From contig CAVZLM010000003.1 in NCBI GenBank assembly GCA_963776185.1, forward strand, positions 198,105 through 262,104: a stretch of DNA of 64,000 bases. The letters are read 5' to 3'. Below, piece by piece: positions 17,919 through 26,143 of this stretch. Numbering within the stretch: the first letter of the stretch is position 1; each line of letters begins with the position of its first letter. This DNA comes from an uncultured Solirubrobacterales bacterium. Lineage in GTDB: Bacteria > Actinomycetota > Thermoleophilia > Solirubrobacterales > Solirubrobacteraceae. The position numbers and the translations under genes were made by a program. The notes below the pieces were generated by a model. It saw only the letters and a program-made list of their open reading frames with translations. It did not search any database and was not told the DNA's origin.

Positions 17919-18206
17919 TCAGGTGTCGTGGTCCTCCACCGCGGAAAGCCGTGTCGTATCGCCGCGGTGCGAGGGAGCCTGCGCGAACGGGCGCTTGGAG
18001 GCACGGCGCGCCAGCGCCTCGGCCAGCATCTCGGCGCGATAATCCGCGACGGAGGCGCTTACCTGCTCGGGCGTCTCCGCGACCACCACCTTTGCGCCGG
18101 TCGCAAGCGTGATGACGGTGTCGGGGGTCGACTCGATCGTCACGATCATGTCCGGATTCAGTTGGAAAGGCTCGTCTGAGTGCCCGAGCCTGTTGAGCGT
18201 GATCAT
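17919..18206 (-). CDS. flbD: Flagellar protein FlbD
   Basis: MITLNRLGHSDEPFQLNPDMIVTIESTPDTVITLATGAKVVVAETPEQV is the FlbD signature. The gene lies between flgE and motA, as in Firmicutes and spirochetes. Confidence 0.8.
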   Translation of the reverse strand: MITLNRLGHSDEPFQLNPDMIVTIESTPDTVITLATGAKVVVAETPEQVSASVADYRAEMLAEALARRASKRPFAQAPSHRGDTTRLSAVEDHDT

Positions 18207-18383
18207 CACCGCACCCCCGTCGATTCAAATTTAGCTCCGGGGCGGGACGGCATTGGTGCGCGTCCCACCCCGAGGCCCCTCGGAGCTGTCCTCTTGCCTG
18301 CAGACCTCCTTTACGGCGTTTTTTTTAAAGATTTCGCGATCCGCTCCGCTCGAACGTCCGGTCTGCGAAGAAAGGGCAGCCGG

Positions 18384-19280
18384 CTACTGCATCGTCACGA
18401 GCGTCCCCAACATTTCATCGGCGGTCGAGATCACACGCGAGTTGGCCTGGTAGCCGCGCTCCGCTGTGATCATGTTTGTCATCTCCGTGGCGAGATCGAC
18501 GTTTGACTGCTCGAGCTCCCCGCCGACCGTCAGGCCGAAGCCCGGGGTCTCGGGTGTGCCGACGCTCGGCGCGCCCGAGTTGGCGGTCGCCCCCCACAGT
18601 GAGCCACCGAGGCGTTCCAGGCCCGCTTCGTTGGGGAACGCCGCGATCGAGACGAATCCCGAGGTGACTCGCTGCTGGTAGTTTTTCGAGGTCGGTTCGT
18701 TGTCCGTGTAGCTGACCGAGCCGTTCTGGCCGATCGATATGTTCGTCGATCCGGGCGGGATCCGCAGGTAGGAGTCTTCTTTGCCGGGGGCGTAGGTGGT
18801 GCCCGCTTCGCCGGTCGTGGCGACAGCGTTGCGGCCGATCACGTACTCACCCGATTCGGTCGTCAGGAAGCCCATCGAGTTGGTTGTCAGGTCTCCCGCC
18901 CGCGTGTACTGCATGCTCGCCGGCAGACCGCTCGTGTACGGTTCTTTCGCTGGCGGAGTGCCTTCCCCGACGCGCAGGAAGCCGCCGCCCTCGATCGCGA
19001 TGTCCAGCGGGTTGTTGGTGGATTGGAAGGAGCCCTCGGTCATTTCGTTGCGGGTTCCCGAGACCTGCACGCCGAGCCCGATCTGAACCGGGTTCGAGCC
19101 ACCGTTCGTGGCCGTTGGCCCGGAGGCCCCGCGCGTCAGTTGTGTCAGCGAGTCCGCGAACGTGATACTCGAGGCCTTGTAGCCGACGGTGTTTACGTTT
19201 GCTAGGTCGTTTGCGGTGTCGTTGAGCATCGCCTGGTTTACGTCTAGGCCGCTGATCGCGGCATACATTCCAGCCATCAT
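18384..19280 (-). CDS. flgE: Flagellar hook protein FlgE (short form)
   Basis: The N-terminus is MMAGMYAAISGLDVNQAMLNDTANDLANVNTVGYK and the C-terminus is QSNVDLATEMTNMITAERGYQANSRVISTADEMLGTLV. Confidence 0.9.
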   Translation of the reverse strand: MMAGMYAAISGLDVNQAMLNDTANDLANVNTVGYKASSITFADSLTQLTRGASGPTATNGGSNPVQIGLGVQVSGTRNEMTEGSFQSTNNPLDIAIEGGGFLRVGEGTPPAKEPYTSGLPASMQYTRAGDLTTNSMGFLTTESGEYVIGRNAVATTGEAGTTYAPGKEDSYLRIPPGSTNISIGQNGSVSYTDNEPTSKNYQQRVTSGFVSIAAFPNEAGLERLGGSLWGATANSGAPSVGTPETPGFGLTVGGELEQSNVDLATEMTNMITAERGYQANSRVISTADEMLGTLVTMQ

Positions 19281-19350
19281 CGTGACTGCCCTCTCTTTCG
19301 CGGCGTCCTCGGGGAGGTCCGGCCGCTGTTGTGTGTTGTGGCCGCTCTGT

Positions 19351-19755
19351 TCATGCGATCACGGCACTGTCGATGTTGGTGAACACGTTGTCCTTCATTT
19401 GCTGCTGTCCCACAGCCGTTATCACGGTGCGGTTGCTGACAGACACCACGAACGCGGTGCCGTCGACAAGAACGAGAGAGTCGCGCGAGCCCTTGCTGGC
19501 GGCGCGCGCGACGCCTTGAGAGAGCCTTCCGAGCGTGGACGGGTCGAGCTCGATCCCACGGCGCTGCACACGCGCGAGCGCGTGTTTGGAGAACTGCAGC
19601 GGTTCAGATCCGCCCGCCTGTCTGAGGGCGTCGGCGAACGACGGGGCTTCCTGTCCCGCCGGCGCCGGTTTGCGCGCGGCGTCTTTGCTCGCGCTGGCTG
19701 GCGCGCCGAGACCGCCGGGCGGGATCAGCGCGGGGTTGTTGGGGATCGTGCTCAA
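19351..19755 (-). CDS. Flagellar operon protein (TIGR02530-like)
   Basis: LQFSKHALARVQRRGIELD...KGSRDSLVLVDGTAFVVSVSNRTVITAV matches the conserved core of the small protein found between flgD and flgE in Gram-positive flagellar operons. Confidence 0.7.
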   Translation of the reverse strand: MSTIPNNPALIPPGGLGAPASASKDAARKPAPAGQEAPSFADALRQAGGSEPLQFSKHALARVQRRGIELDPSTLGRLSQGVARAASKGSRDSLVLVDGTAFVVSVSNRTVITAVGQQQMKDNVFTNIDSAVIA

Positions 19756-20174
19756 TTGACTTCCGTGATGGCCGAGAGCTTGACGCCGGCGACGCCTTCG
19801 ACGGTCACCGTCGTGCCCGCGGAGCTCGATTGGACGCTCTGGACCGTGCCGGTCGCGGCTTCGCCCGAGGCGTTGTCGTAGGAGACCGAGCGCCCGATCA
19901 GCTGGACCGCGCCGGAGAGCTCTGAGGCGCTGGCGAGATTGGTCGTCTGCTCGACTTGGGTGAACTGCGCGAGCTCGTTGACATATTCGTTGCTGTTGCC
20001 CGGTTCGAGCGGATTCTGCGCCTGGAGCTGGGCGATCATCAGTTTGAGAAAGTCGTTTTGGTTGAGAATGCCGTTTGGGTTTTCGGTGCTGGCGGCGGCG
20101 CCCGGCGTGGTCGCGCCCGGGGTCGAGGCGGGTGTCGCGGCGGCGGGGAGTGCTGTTGGGGTGACGGTGGTCAT
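19752..20174 (-). CDS. flgD: Flagellar hook capping/assembly protein FlgD
   Basis: From ATG 20174: ...NQNDFLKLMIAQLQAQNPLEPGNSNEYVNELAQFTQVEQ. The upstream ORF-track extension is discarded. Confidence 0.9.
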   Translation of the reverse strand: MTTVTPTALPAAATPASTPGATTPGAAASTENPNGILNQNDFLKLMIAQLQAQNPLEPGNSNEYVNELAQFTQVEQTTNLASASELSGAVQLIGRSVSYDNASGEAATGTVQSVQSSSAGTTVTVEGVAGVKLSAITEVN

Positions 20175-20199
20175 GAGGATGCTTTTCCTTTCGTGTCGG

Positions 20200-21777
20200 T
20201 CAGGCGAGGACGTCGAGGAGTTCTCCGAGTGGAGCTCCGCGGGGCTGGCTCGAGCCGTCGATCTCGCCAACGGCCGCGTCGCTGTCCTGCTCCTCGGAGT
20301 TCGCGGATGCCTTGGCGGTGTTGGTTTTTTGTGAGTTCTGAGCCGAGCGGTCTTCGCGCTCGCGCGAACCGGACGCGCCGACGTCCAGTCGCAGCAGCGT
20401 GAGATTGAGCGAGCTCAGCGACTGGTGTAGCTCAGCGCGCGCGCCCGCCAGCGCTTGCGCGGCGGCGGGGGTGTCGGCGGTGACCCGGGCGAGCAGCCCT
20501 TCGCTGGTCTGACTGAGGTGGATGCTGATGTGACCGAGCTCTTCCGGCTCCAGCGCGATGCGTGCCTGGGTGCTTCCCGCTCGCGCCGCGATCTCGACGG
20601 TGGCGCGGATCGCGTCGATCATGTCCTGCATCGGCACACCCGCCGCGATCTCTGGGGCTGGGCTGGCCGCGCTCGGCGCGCTCGGCGTTGGCACCCCGGT
20701 TTCCGCCGCCGGCGCCGTGGTGGCGTCGGCGCTCGTCGCGATCGCCGCCACGGGTGTGCTCGACGGCGTGTTGGCGCCCGAGGCTCCGTGGCCCGCCGGG
20801 TTCTCTGCGGGCGTCGCGCTCTGGGCTTCGGCCTGGCTCGGGGTGCTCGAGGAGGCAGACGTGTCGGCGGAGGCGGGAGAGCTTCCCGGCAGACTGCTCG
20901 TCGATCTGGTGTCTGAGCCCTGCTGTGTGGGGGACGCGTTCGCGGGTGGGCGATCTGACGGCGGGTCGCTGGCCGTCATCGCGACCGGCGTCTGGGCGAC
21001 TTCTGTTTCGGCGGGAGCGGGGGAAGCTGGGGCGCCGTTCGCGGAGCCCGGGCTTTGCAGGGCGGGATCCTGCGCCGCGGTGCTGGGCTCAGCTGGCGTG
21101 GACGTCGCCGCGATCGCGGGCGCGTCGCTAACAAGCGCGGGGCTCCCCTTGGCCGCGGTGCTGGGCTCAGCTGGCGTGGACGTCGCCGCGATCGCGGGCG
21201 CGTCGCTAACAAGCGCGGGGCTCCCCTTGGCCGCGGAGGCCGGTTGCGCGCCTGCGAGGAGAGCCGGCTGCAGCGCCGCGGACTGAGCGTTCGCAGCGGG
21301 AGCTTCGGCGCCTGCTCGAGCGTTCGCCTGAGAGGTGGGGTCGCCTGAGACCGTCCCGGGTTCGCGCGCGGCGGCCGGTGCGGCGTCTGCGGCGGCGGCG
21401 AGGGCGGCACTCGCTTCATACACCGCCGCCGTCGCGCTGCTGGCAGGCAGACCGCTGCAGGCCACGGACGGCTGTTCGATGCTGCTCTGCGCCGGAGCGC
21501 CGCTCACCGCGCCAGGGGCTTGCGCGACGGACTCGGCGCTCGCGACGCTCCCGACGGTCGCTTCTGCGGGCGAGCTCGAGTGCTTCGGGCTTGCGCCCTC
21601 GCGGCCCGCTTGTGGGCTCTGCTTCTGTTGGCCTTCCGCGTTTGCGGTCCGGGCCCAGTGTTTGGCGAGCGCGCTGTCAAAGGCCGGCGCGCCCGGTGGA
21701 GCTCCCGGTGGAGCCGCACCCGAGCTCGGCGGCGCCGAGGAGCTCGGCGGTGGTGGCAGGGCCGCGATCACGCTCAC
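20200..21777 (-). CDS. fliK: Flagellar hook-length control protein FliK
   Basis: The C-terminal FliK domain reads MQDMIDAIRATVEIAARAGSTQARIALEPEELGHISIHLSQTSEGLLARVTADTPAAAQAL. A long Ala/Pro/Ser-rich ruler region precedes it. The start is placed at GTG 21777, which overlaps the slt stop (GTGA). Confidence 0.8.
   Translation of the reverse strand: MSVIAALPPPPSSSAPPSSGAAPPGAPPGAPAFDSALAKHWARTANAEGQQKQSPQAGREGASPKHSSSPAEATVGSVASAESVAQAPGAVSGAPAQSSIEQPSVACSGLPASSATAAVYEASAALAAAADAAPAAAREPGTVSGDPTSQANARAGAEAPAANAQSAALQPALLAGAQPASAAKGSPALVSDAPAIAATSTPAEPSTAAKGSPALVSDAPAIAATSTPAEPSTAAQDPALQSPGSANGAPASPAPAETEVAQTPVAMTASDPPSDRPPANASPTQQGSDTRSTSSLPGSSPASADTSASSSTPSQAEAQSATPAENPAGHGASGANTPSSTPVAAIATSADATTAPAAETGVPTPSAPSAASPAPEIAAGVPMQDMIDAIRATVEIAARAGSTQARIALEPEELGHISIHLSQTSEGLLARVTADTPAAAQALAGARAELHQSLSSLNLTLLRLDVGASGSREREDRSAQNSQKTNTAKASANSEEQDSDAAVGEIDGSSQPRGAPLGELLDVLA
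21074..21236 (-). repeat. Exact 78-bp tandem duplication (2.1 copies) inside fliK
   Basis: nt 21074-21151 equal 21152-21229, and the next 7 nt match again. Each unit encodes AAKGSPALVSDAPAIAATSTPAEPST, giving two copies in the ruler region. Confidence 0.95.
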
Positions 21778-22478
21778 GCGCCCACCCCGGTCGGGCTGAT
21801 GCTCGTTTGGCTCTGCCGGTAGGTTTCGGCGTAGCCGAGCACTTTGGAGACGTAGCTCTGAGTTTCCGCGTACGGGGGCACGCCGCCGTATTGCTCGACG
21901 GCTCCGGGACCGGCGTTGTAGGCAGCCAGAGCATCCGCCGTGTTCCCGCCGAACTGAGTCATCAGCTGGCTCAGGTAGCGTGCGCCGCCTTCGATCGATT
22001 CGCTGGGATCGAGCGGGTTGAGGACCCCCATCGAGCTGGCGGTGCCGGGCATCAGCTGGGTCAAGCCGGACGCCCCGGCGCTGCTCGTAGCGCTCGGATC
22101 GAAACCGGACTCCTGCTCGATCAGGCCGTGCAGAACGGCGGGGTCCAGACCATTGCGCGAGGCCGCCTGGTCGATCAGCGCTTCGTATTCGCCGCCTGAT
22201 TCGCCGCCGGCCGCGCTCGAGACGGCCGGCTGGTAGCTGGCGCCGAGCACCCCGGAGGCGCTCGCCGTGTCGGCGGTGCTGGCCGCCTGCAGCGCGGCGG
22301 CGAAGCTGGCCGGCTGAGCTTCGGCGGAGCCGCTGGCGGGAACGGCGGTTGGCGTGGCTCCCGAGGCCGTCTGGCGCGTCTGTTCGATCAGCACCTGCAG
22401 CTGACGTACACGCTGTGAGGTCTGGAGCTCGCCTTCGGACATTCCCGTGGTGGCGGCGGTGACCGATTCGGTGCTCAT
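21774..22478 (-). CDS. Signal-less SLT-domain lytic transglycosylase embedded in the flagellar operon
   Basis: The SLT core reads LHGLIEQESGFDPSATSSAGASGLTQLMPGTA...YLSQLMTQFGGNTADALAAYNAGPGAV. The N-terminal ~90 aa are disordered. It has 4-nt overlaps with both fliJ and fliK. Confidence 0.85.
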   Translation of the reverse strand: MSTESVTAATTGMSEGELQTSQRVRQLQVLIEQTRQTASGATPTAVPASGSAEAQPASFAAALQAASTADTASASGVLGASYQPAVSSAAGGESGGEYEALIDQAASRNGLDPAVLHGLIEQESGFDPSATSSAGASGLTQLMPGTASSMGVLNPLDPSESIEGGARYLSQLMTQFGGNTADALAAYNAGPGAVEQYGGVPPYAETQSYVSKVLGYAETYRQSQTSISPTGVGA

Positions 22479-22933
22479 GCGGGGCTCCGGTAAAAACGGG
22501 ACGAGGCGATCTCATCGAGCGCCCCCTGTTCCTGACGAGCGGCCTCGCGTGTGTGCTCTGAGCGGTCGCGCTCCCTCAGGCGATTGAGCATCTCGTGCTC
22601 GCCGGCGGCCACGGTCAGTGCCGCGTCGCGATCGGCGACCTCGCCCGTGCGTTGCTCGAGCTCTTGCACTCGAGCGTGGCGTTGAGCCTCGACGCGCTCG
22701 AGGAAGGCCTGGCGCTCGCGTAGCTCAGCCGCGCTCAGAGTCTCAGATCGAGCGGATACGGCTCGCTGTTCGATGTGCGCCTGCTCCAGATGAGCCTCGA
22801 TGGTGCGCAGGTCCGCCTCCGTGCTGGACAGCCGCGACAGCGCTTTCGCGAGCTCCTGCTTGGCGAGTTTCTCTTTGCGCTCACGTACCGAGCGCACACG
22901 CTCGAGGCGGAAACGAAACGCAGATCCGGTCAC
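22475..22933 (-). CDS. fliJ: Flagellar export chaperone/stalk protein FliJ
   Basis: 152 aa, coiled-coil. FRFRLERVRSVRERKEKLAKQELAKAL is present. It lies after fliI. Confidence 0.75.
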   Translation of the reverse strand: MTGSAFRFRLERVRSVRERKEKLAKQELAKALSRLSSTEADLRTIEAHLEQAHIEQRAVSARSETLSAAELRERQAFLERVEAQRHARVQELEQRTGEVADRDAALTVAAGEHEMLNRLRERDRSEHTREAARQEQGALDEIASSRFYRSPA

Positions 22934-22988
22934 CGCCCGTTTATCGGACGCGCGCTCCCGTTCTTTAGCGGCTCGATCGGAGCTCCGG

Positions 22989-24464
22989 TCAAATGCTCAA
23001 TCCGAGCGCCGGTATCGCGGGCAACTCGACGCCACCGTGCAAGGCTCCCTCGAGGACGCTTTCGGGTGTCTCGGCGGGCACCTCCTCGGCGTCGGGGATA
23101 TCCTCGCCCGACCGATCGATGTGTCCCTCGAGCGAGGCCGCGAGCGCCAGCAGCCGGGCGTCGGTGTCCTGCGGCTCGCTGCGCTCATCCACCGGCTGGC
23201 GCAGGAAGCGCTCGATTTCGCCGCGGTGGGAGAGCGCCGTGTCGAGCGCCGGATCGCTGCCCGGCTGATAGGCCCCGATCGCGACGAGGTCTTCCTTCTC
23301 GCGCAGGACAGCGAGCGCCGCGCGCAGACGCTGCCCGGCCTGCTCGACATCTGGGCAGACGATCTCTGAGACCAGGCGCGAGACGCTCTGCAGAACGTCG
23401 ATCGCCGGATAGTGGCCGGCGTGCGCAAGCGAGCGCGAGAGAACGACGTGACCGTCGAGGATCGACCGCACCGCGTCCGCGACCGGCTCGTTCATGTCAT
23501 CGCCGTCGACCAGCACCGTGTACAGGGCGGTGATCGACCCGCTCGTGCTCATGCCGGCACGCTCGAGCAGGCGTGGCAGCAGCGCGAATACGCTGGGGGT
23601 GTAGCCGCGGGTGGCGGGCGGCTCACCGATCGCCAGGCCCACCTCCCGCTGAGCCATCGCAAAACGCGTGACCGAATCCATCATCAGCATCACGTCCAGG
23701 CCCTGATCGCGGAAGTGCTCCGCGATCGTGGTCGCCGTGAAGGCCGCCTTGATCCGCACCAGCGCCGGCTGATCCGAGGTCGCAACGACAACCACCGAGC
23801 GCTCCAGCGCATCGCCGAGATCGCGCTCGATGAACTCGCGCACCTCGCGTCCGCGCTCGCCGACGAGCGCGATCACGTTCACCTGTGCGCTCGTGGATCT
23901 GGCGATCATGCCCAGCAGCGAGGACTTCCCGACACCCGAGCCGGCGAAGATGCCGAGTCGCTGCCCGCGTCCGCAGGGCACCAGACCATCCAGAGCGCGC
24001 ACGCCGAGTCCAACGCGCTCTGAGATCCGTGGCCGCGACAGCGCGCCGGGAGGCGCGGCGATCGTCGAGCGCGCGACGCCGGCAGGCGCTGGCCGCTCGT
24101 CGTCGGGGATCCCCAACCCGTCGACGATCCGCCCGAGCAGGCCATTGCCCACCGTGACGCGAAACGGCGCACCGCTCGCCAGCACCCGGGTGCCGGGACC
24201 GATCCCGTGCAACTCGCCAAGCGGCATCAGCAGCGTGCGCCCGTCACGGAAGCCGACCACCTCAGCGGACACCGCCGCGCGATTGCGGTCGGTGCCCACG
24301 AGGCACACCTCGCCGACCTCAGCCTGCAGGCCCGTCGCCTCGATTATCAGCCCGATCAGGTTGCTCACAAAGCCGTGCCGCCTGGCGAGGTCGGCCTCGC
24401 GGATCGCCCGGGTCGCCCGCGCCAGCATCGCGCCCGCGGTGGCGGGCGCCGCCGTGTCGCTCAC
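22989..24464 (-). CDS. fliI: Flagellum-specific ATPase FliI
   Basis: Walker A is GIFAGSGVGKSSLLGMI and Walker B is VMLMMDSVTRFA. It has an F1-beta-like fold sequence throughout and a ~50-aa acidic C-terminal extension. Confidence 0.97.
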   Translation of the reverse strand: MSDTAAPATAGAMLARATRAIREADLARRHGFVSNLIGLIIEATGLQAEVGEVCLVGTDRNRAAVSAEVVGFRDGRTLLMPLGELHGIGPGTRVLASGAPFRVTVGNGLLGRIVDGLGIPDDERPAPAGVARSTIAAPPGALSRPRISERVGLGVRALDGLVPCGRGQRLGIFAGSGVGKSSLLGMIARSTSAQVNVIALVGERGREVREFIERDLGDALERSVVVVATSDQPALVRIKAAFTATTIAEHFRDQGLDVMLMMDSVTRFAMAQREVGLAIGEPPATRGYTPSVFALLPRLLERAGMSTSGSITALYTVLVDGDDMNEPVADAVRSILDGHVVLSRSLAHAGHYPAIDVLQSVSRLVSEIVCPDVEQAGQRLRAALAVLREKEDLVAIGAYQPGSDPALDTALSHRGEIERFLRQPVDERSEPQDTDARLLALAASLEGHIDRSGEDIPDAEEVPAETPESVLEGALHGGVELPAIPALGLSI

Positions 24465-25087
24465 GCGGCCCGCCCGTCGGTCTGCAGCTCGGTGAAGACC
24501 ACCTCGCGAGCCCGTTCCAGCTGTGTCTGCACACTGGCGTCGACCTCGCCCTCGGCGGTCCGCACGATCGCGCTGCCGACCCCGACGCGCTCCTCTGACT
24601 GCACCTCGCAGAGCTCGATGCCGCTCCCCTGCCCGGCGATCTCGCCGATCGCCGATCGGACCGTCTCGAGGTCGGCGGGGTTGACCAGGACGGTTATCCG
24701 CCGGCGATCTGAAATCCGCCGCAGCGCGCCCTGGGCCAGCTCGACGATCAGCTCCGGGCGTGCCTGCAGCGTGCCCTGGAGGATCTTTCCGGCGACCTCG
24801 AGCGCAAGCTCGATCGCGTCGCGTTCGACAGCCTCGACGGTGGCCGTGCGCAGCGACTGGACCTCCTGCAGCGCCTGCCCAAGCGCGAGCGCGGCGCAGG
24901 CGATCTCGGCGGAGCCGTCTTCGTGCCCGGCGCGGCGGCCGTCTGCGTGACCTTCGGCGCGGGCCTGCTCGCGTATCTGCTCGGCCTCGGCGGCCGCCTG
25001 GGCGATCATTCGCGCGGGAGCGTCGCGGGGCAGCGGATCGGAAGGCTCGAGTTGCTCGAAGTCGTAGCTGATCGCTGTCTCAGACAA
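24461..25087 (-). CDS. fliH: Flagellar assembly protein FliH
   Basis: 208 aa, between fliG and fliI. It has an Ala/Glu-rich coiled coil and then ITVLVNPADLETV...VQSEERVGVGSAIVRTAEGEVDASV. Confidence 0.8.
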   Translation of the reverse strand: MSETAISYDFEQLEPSDPLPRDAPARMIAQAAAEAEQIREQARAEGHADGRRAGHEDGSAEIACAALALGQALQEVQSLRTATVEAVERDAIELALEVAGKILQGTLQARPELIVELAQGALRRISDRRRITVLVNPADLETVRSAIGEIAGQGSGIELCEVQSEERVGVGSAIVRTAEGEVDASVQTQLERAREVVFTELQTDGRAA

Positions 25088-26138
25088 CCGCTTCGCTCTC
25101 CTCGTCCTCTCCGCCCGCGATCACGATCGTGCCGGCTTCCTCGAGCTTGCGCACGACCGCCACCACCCGGCTCTGGGCTTCATCCACGTCGCGTTTGCGC
25201 TGCGGCTGCTGGATCTCCATCTCCTCCTTCAGCATCGCGGCGCCGCGCTCGGACATGTTGGCCAGCACAACCGCCATCACCTCCTCCGGCGCGCCACGCA
25301 GCGCGAGCACCAGATCCTTCTGGTCGACCTCCCGCAGAACCTGCTGGATGGCACGCTCGTCGAGCTTGACGATGTCCTCGAAGACGAACAGCATGCCGCG
25401 CACTTCCTCCGCGAGGGCCTCGTCGGTGGTCGCGAGATTCTCGAGAATGTTGCGCTCGGTGGAGCGATCCGCGTGGTTGAGTATTCCGGCCAGCGCCTTG
25501 GCGCCTCCGGTGGCGGAATACTCCTGCTCGACCACCGCCCCGAGCTTGTTGCGGATGACCTCCTCGACCTGCTGGATGACGCGTGTGCTGGCCACTCCCA
25601 TGCGCGCGATCCTCAGACCGATATCGGGCTGCTCGGACTCGGGCAGGCGTGCGAGCACGGCCGCCGCGAGATTTGTGTGCAGGCTGGCGAGGACCAGAGC
25701 GATCGTCTGAGAGGACTCTCCGCGCAGGAGCGCCGCGATCCGCTCGGGTGTGATCCGGCGCAGGAACTCGAACGGACGCGACTCGCCGCCGCTGGACAGC
25801 CGGCCGAGGAGGTCGGCGGCGCGCTCGGGCCCGAGCGCACGCTCGATCACATCGCGTGCGAAGTCCAGACCGCCGCTGACGCTGCTGGCGGCGCTGCCCG
25901 CGACCTCGGTGAGCTCCTGGAAGATCGACTCGGTTGTCTCGGCCGCGACAGAGTTCAGCCGCGCCATCTCCATCGAGAGGCTCTCGATCTCCTCCTCACC
26001 GAGCTTCTGCATCACGTTCGCCGCACGCTCCGATCCGAGGGCAGCCATCAGGACAGCCGCCTTGCGCGTGCCGGGGAGACGCTCGGAGCGGGCCACCCCC
26101 AGCGCGGGAACGGTCTCCGGGAGAGACTCGCCGGACAC
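25080..26138 (-). CDS. fliG: Flagellar motor switch protein FliG
   Basis: It has TRKAAVLMAALGSERAANVMQKL, ...FEDIVKLDERAIQQVLREVDQKDLVLALRGAPEEV and ...MSERGAAMLKEEME. Confidence 0.96.
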   Translation of the reverse strand: MSGESLPETVPALGVARSERLPGTRKAAVLMAALGSERAANVMQKLGEEEIESLSMEMARLNSVAAETTESIFQELTEVAGSAASSVSGGLDFARDVIERALGPERAADLLGRLSSGGESRPFEFLRRITPERIAALLRGESSQTIALVLASLHTNLAAAVLARLPESEQPDIGLRIARMGVASTRVIQQVEEVIRNKLGAVVEQEYSATGGAKALAGILNHADRSTERNILENLATTDEALAEEVRGMLFVFEDIVKLDERAIQQVLREVDQKDLVLALRGAPEEVMAVVLANMSERGAAMLKEEMEIQQPQRKRDVDEAQSRVVAVVRKLEEAGTIVIAGGEDEESEAVV

Positions 26139-26143
26139 TGGAG

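Noticed and set aside
21074-21236. Tandem repeats (fliK 78-mer; also the 59361-59419 22-mers) as a CRISPR array
   Set aside because: There are only 2-3 units, with no unique spacers of CRISPR size. One lies in-frame within a coding region. No cas genes are present.
20200-22515. Single 771-aa minus-strand ORF
   Set aside because: It is a composite. Only the part from GTG 21777 downstream looks like FliK. The upstream third overlaps the real SLT gene in another frame and translates to Arg-rich junk.
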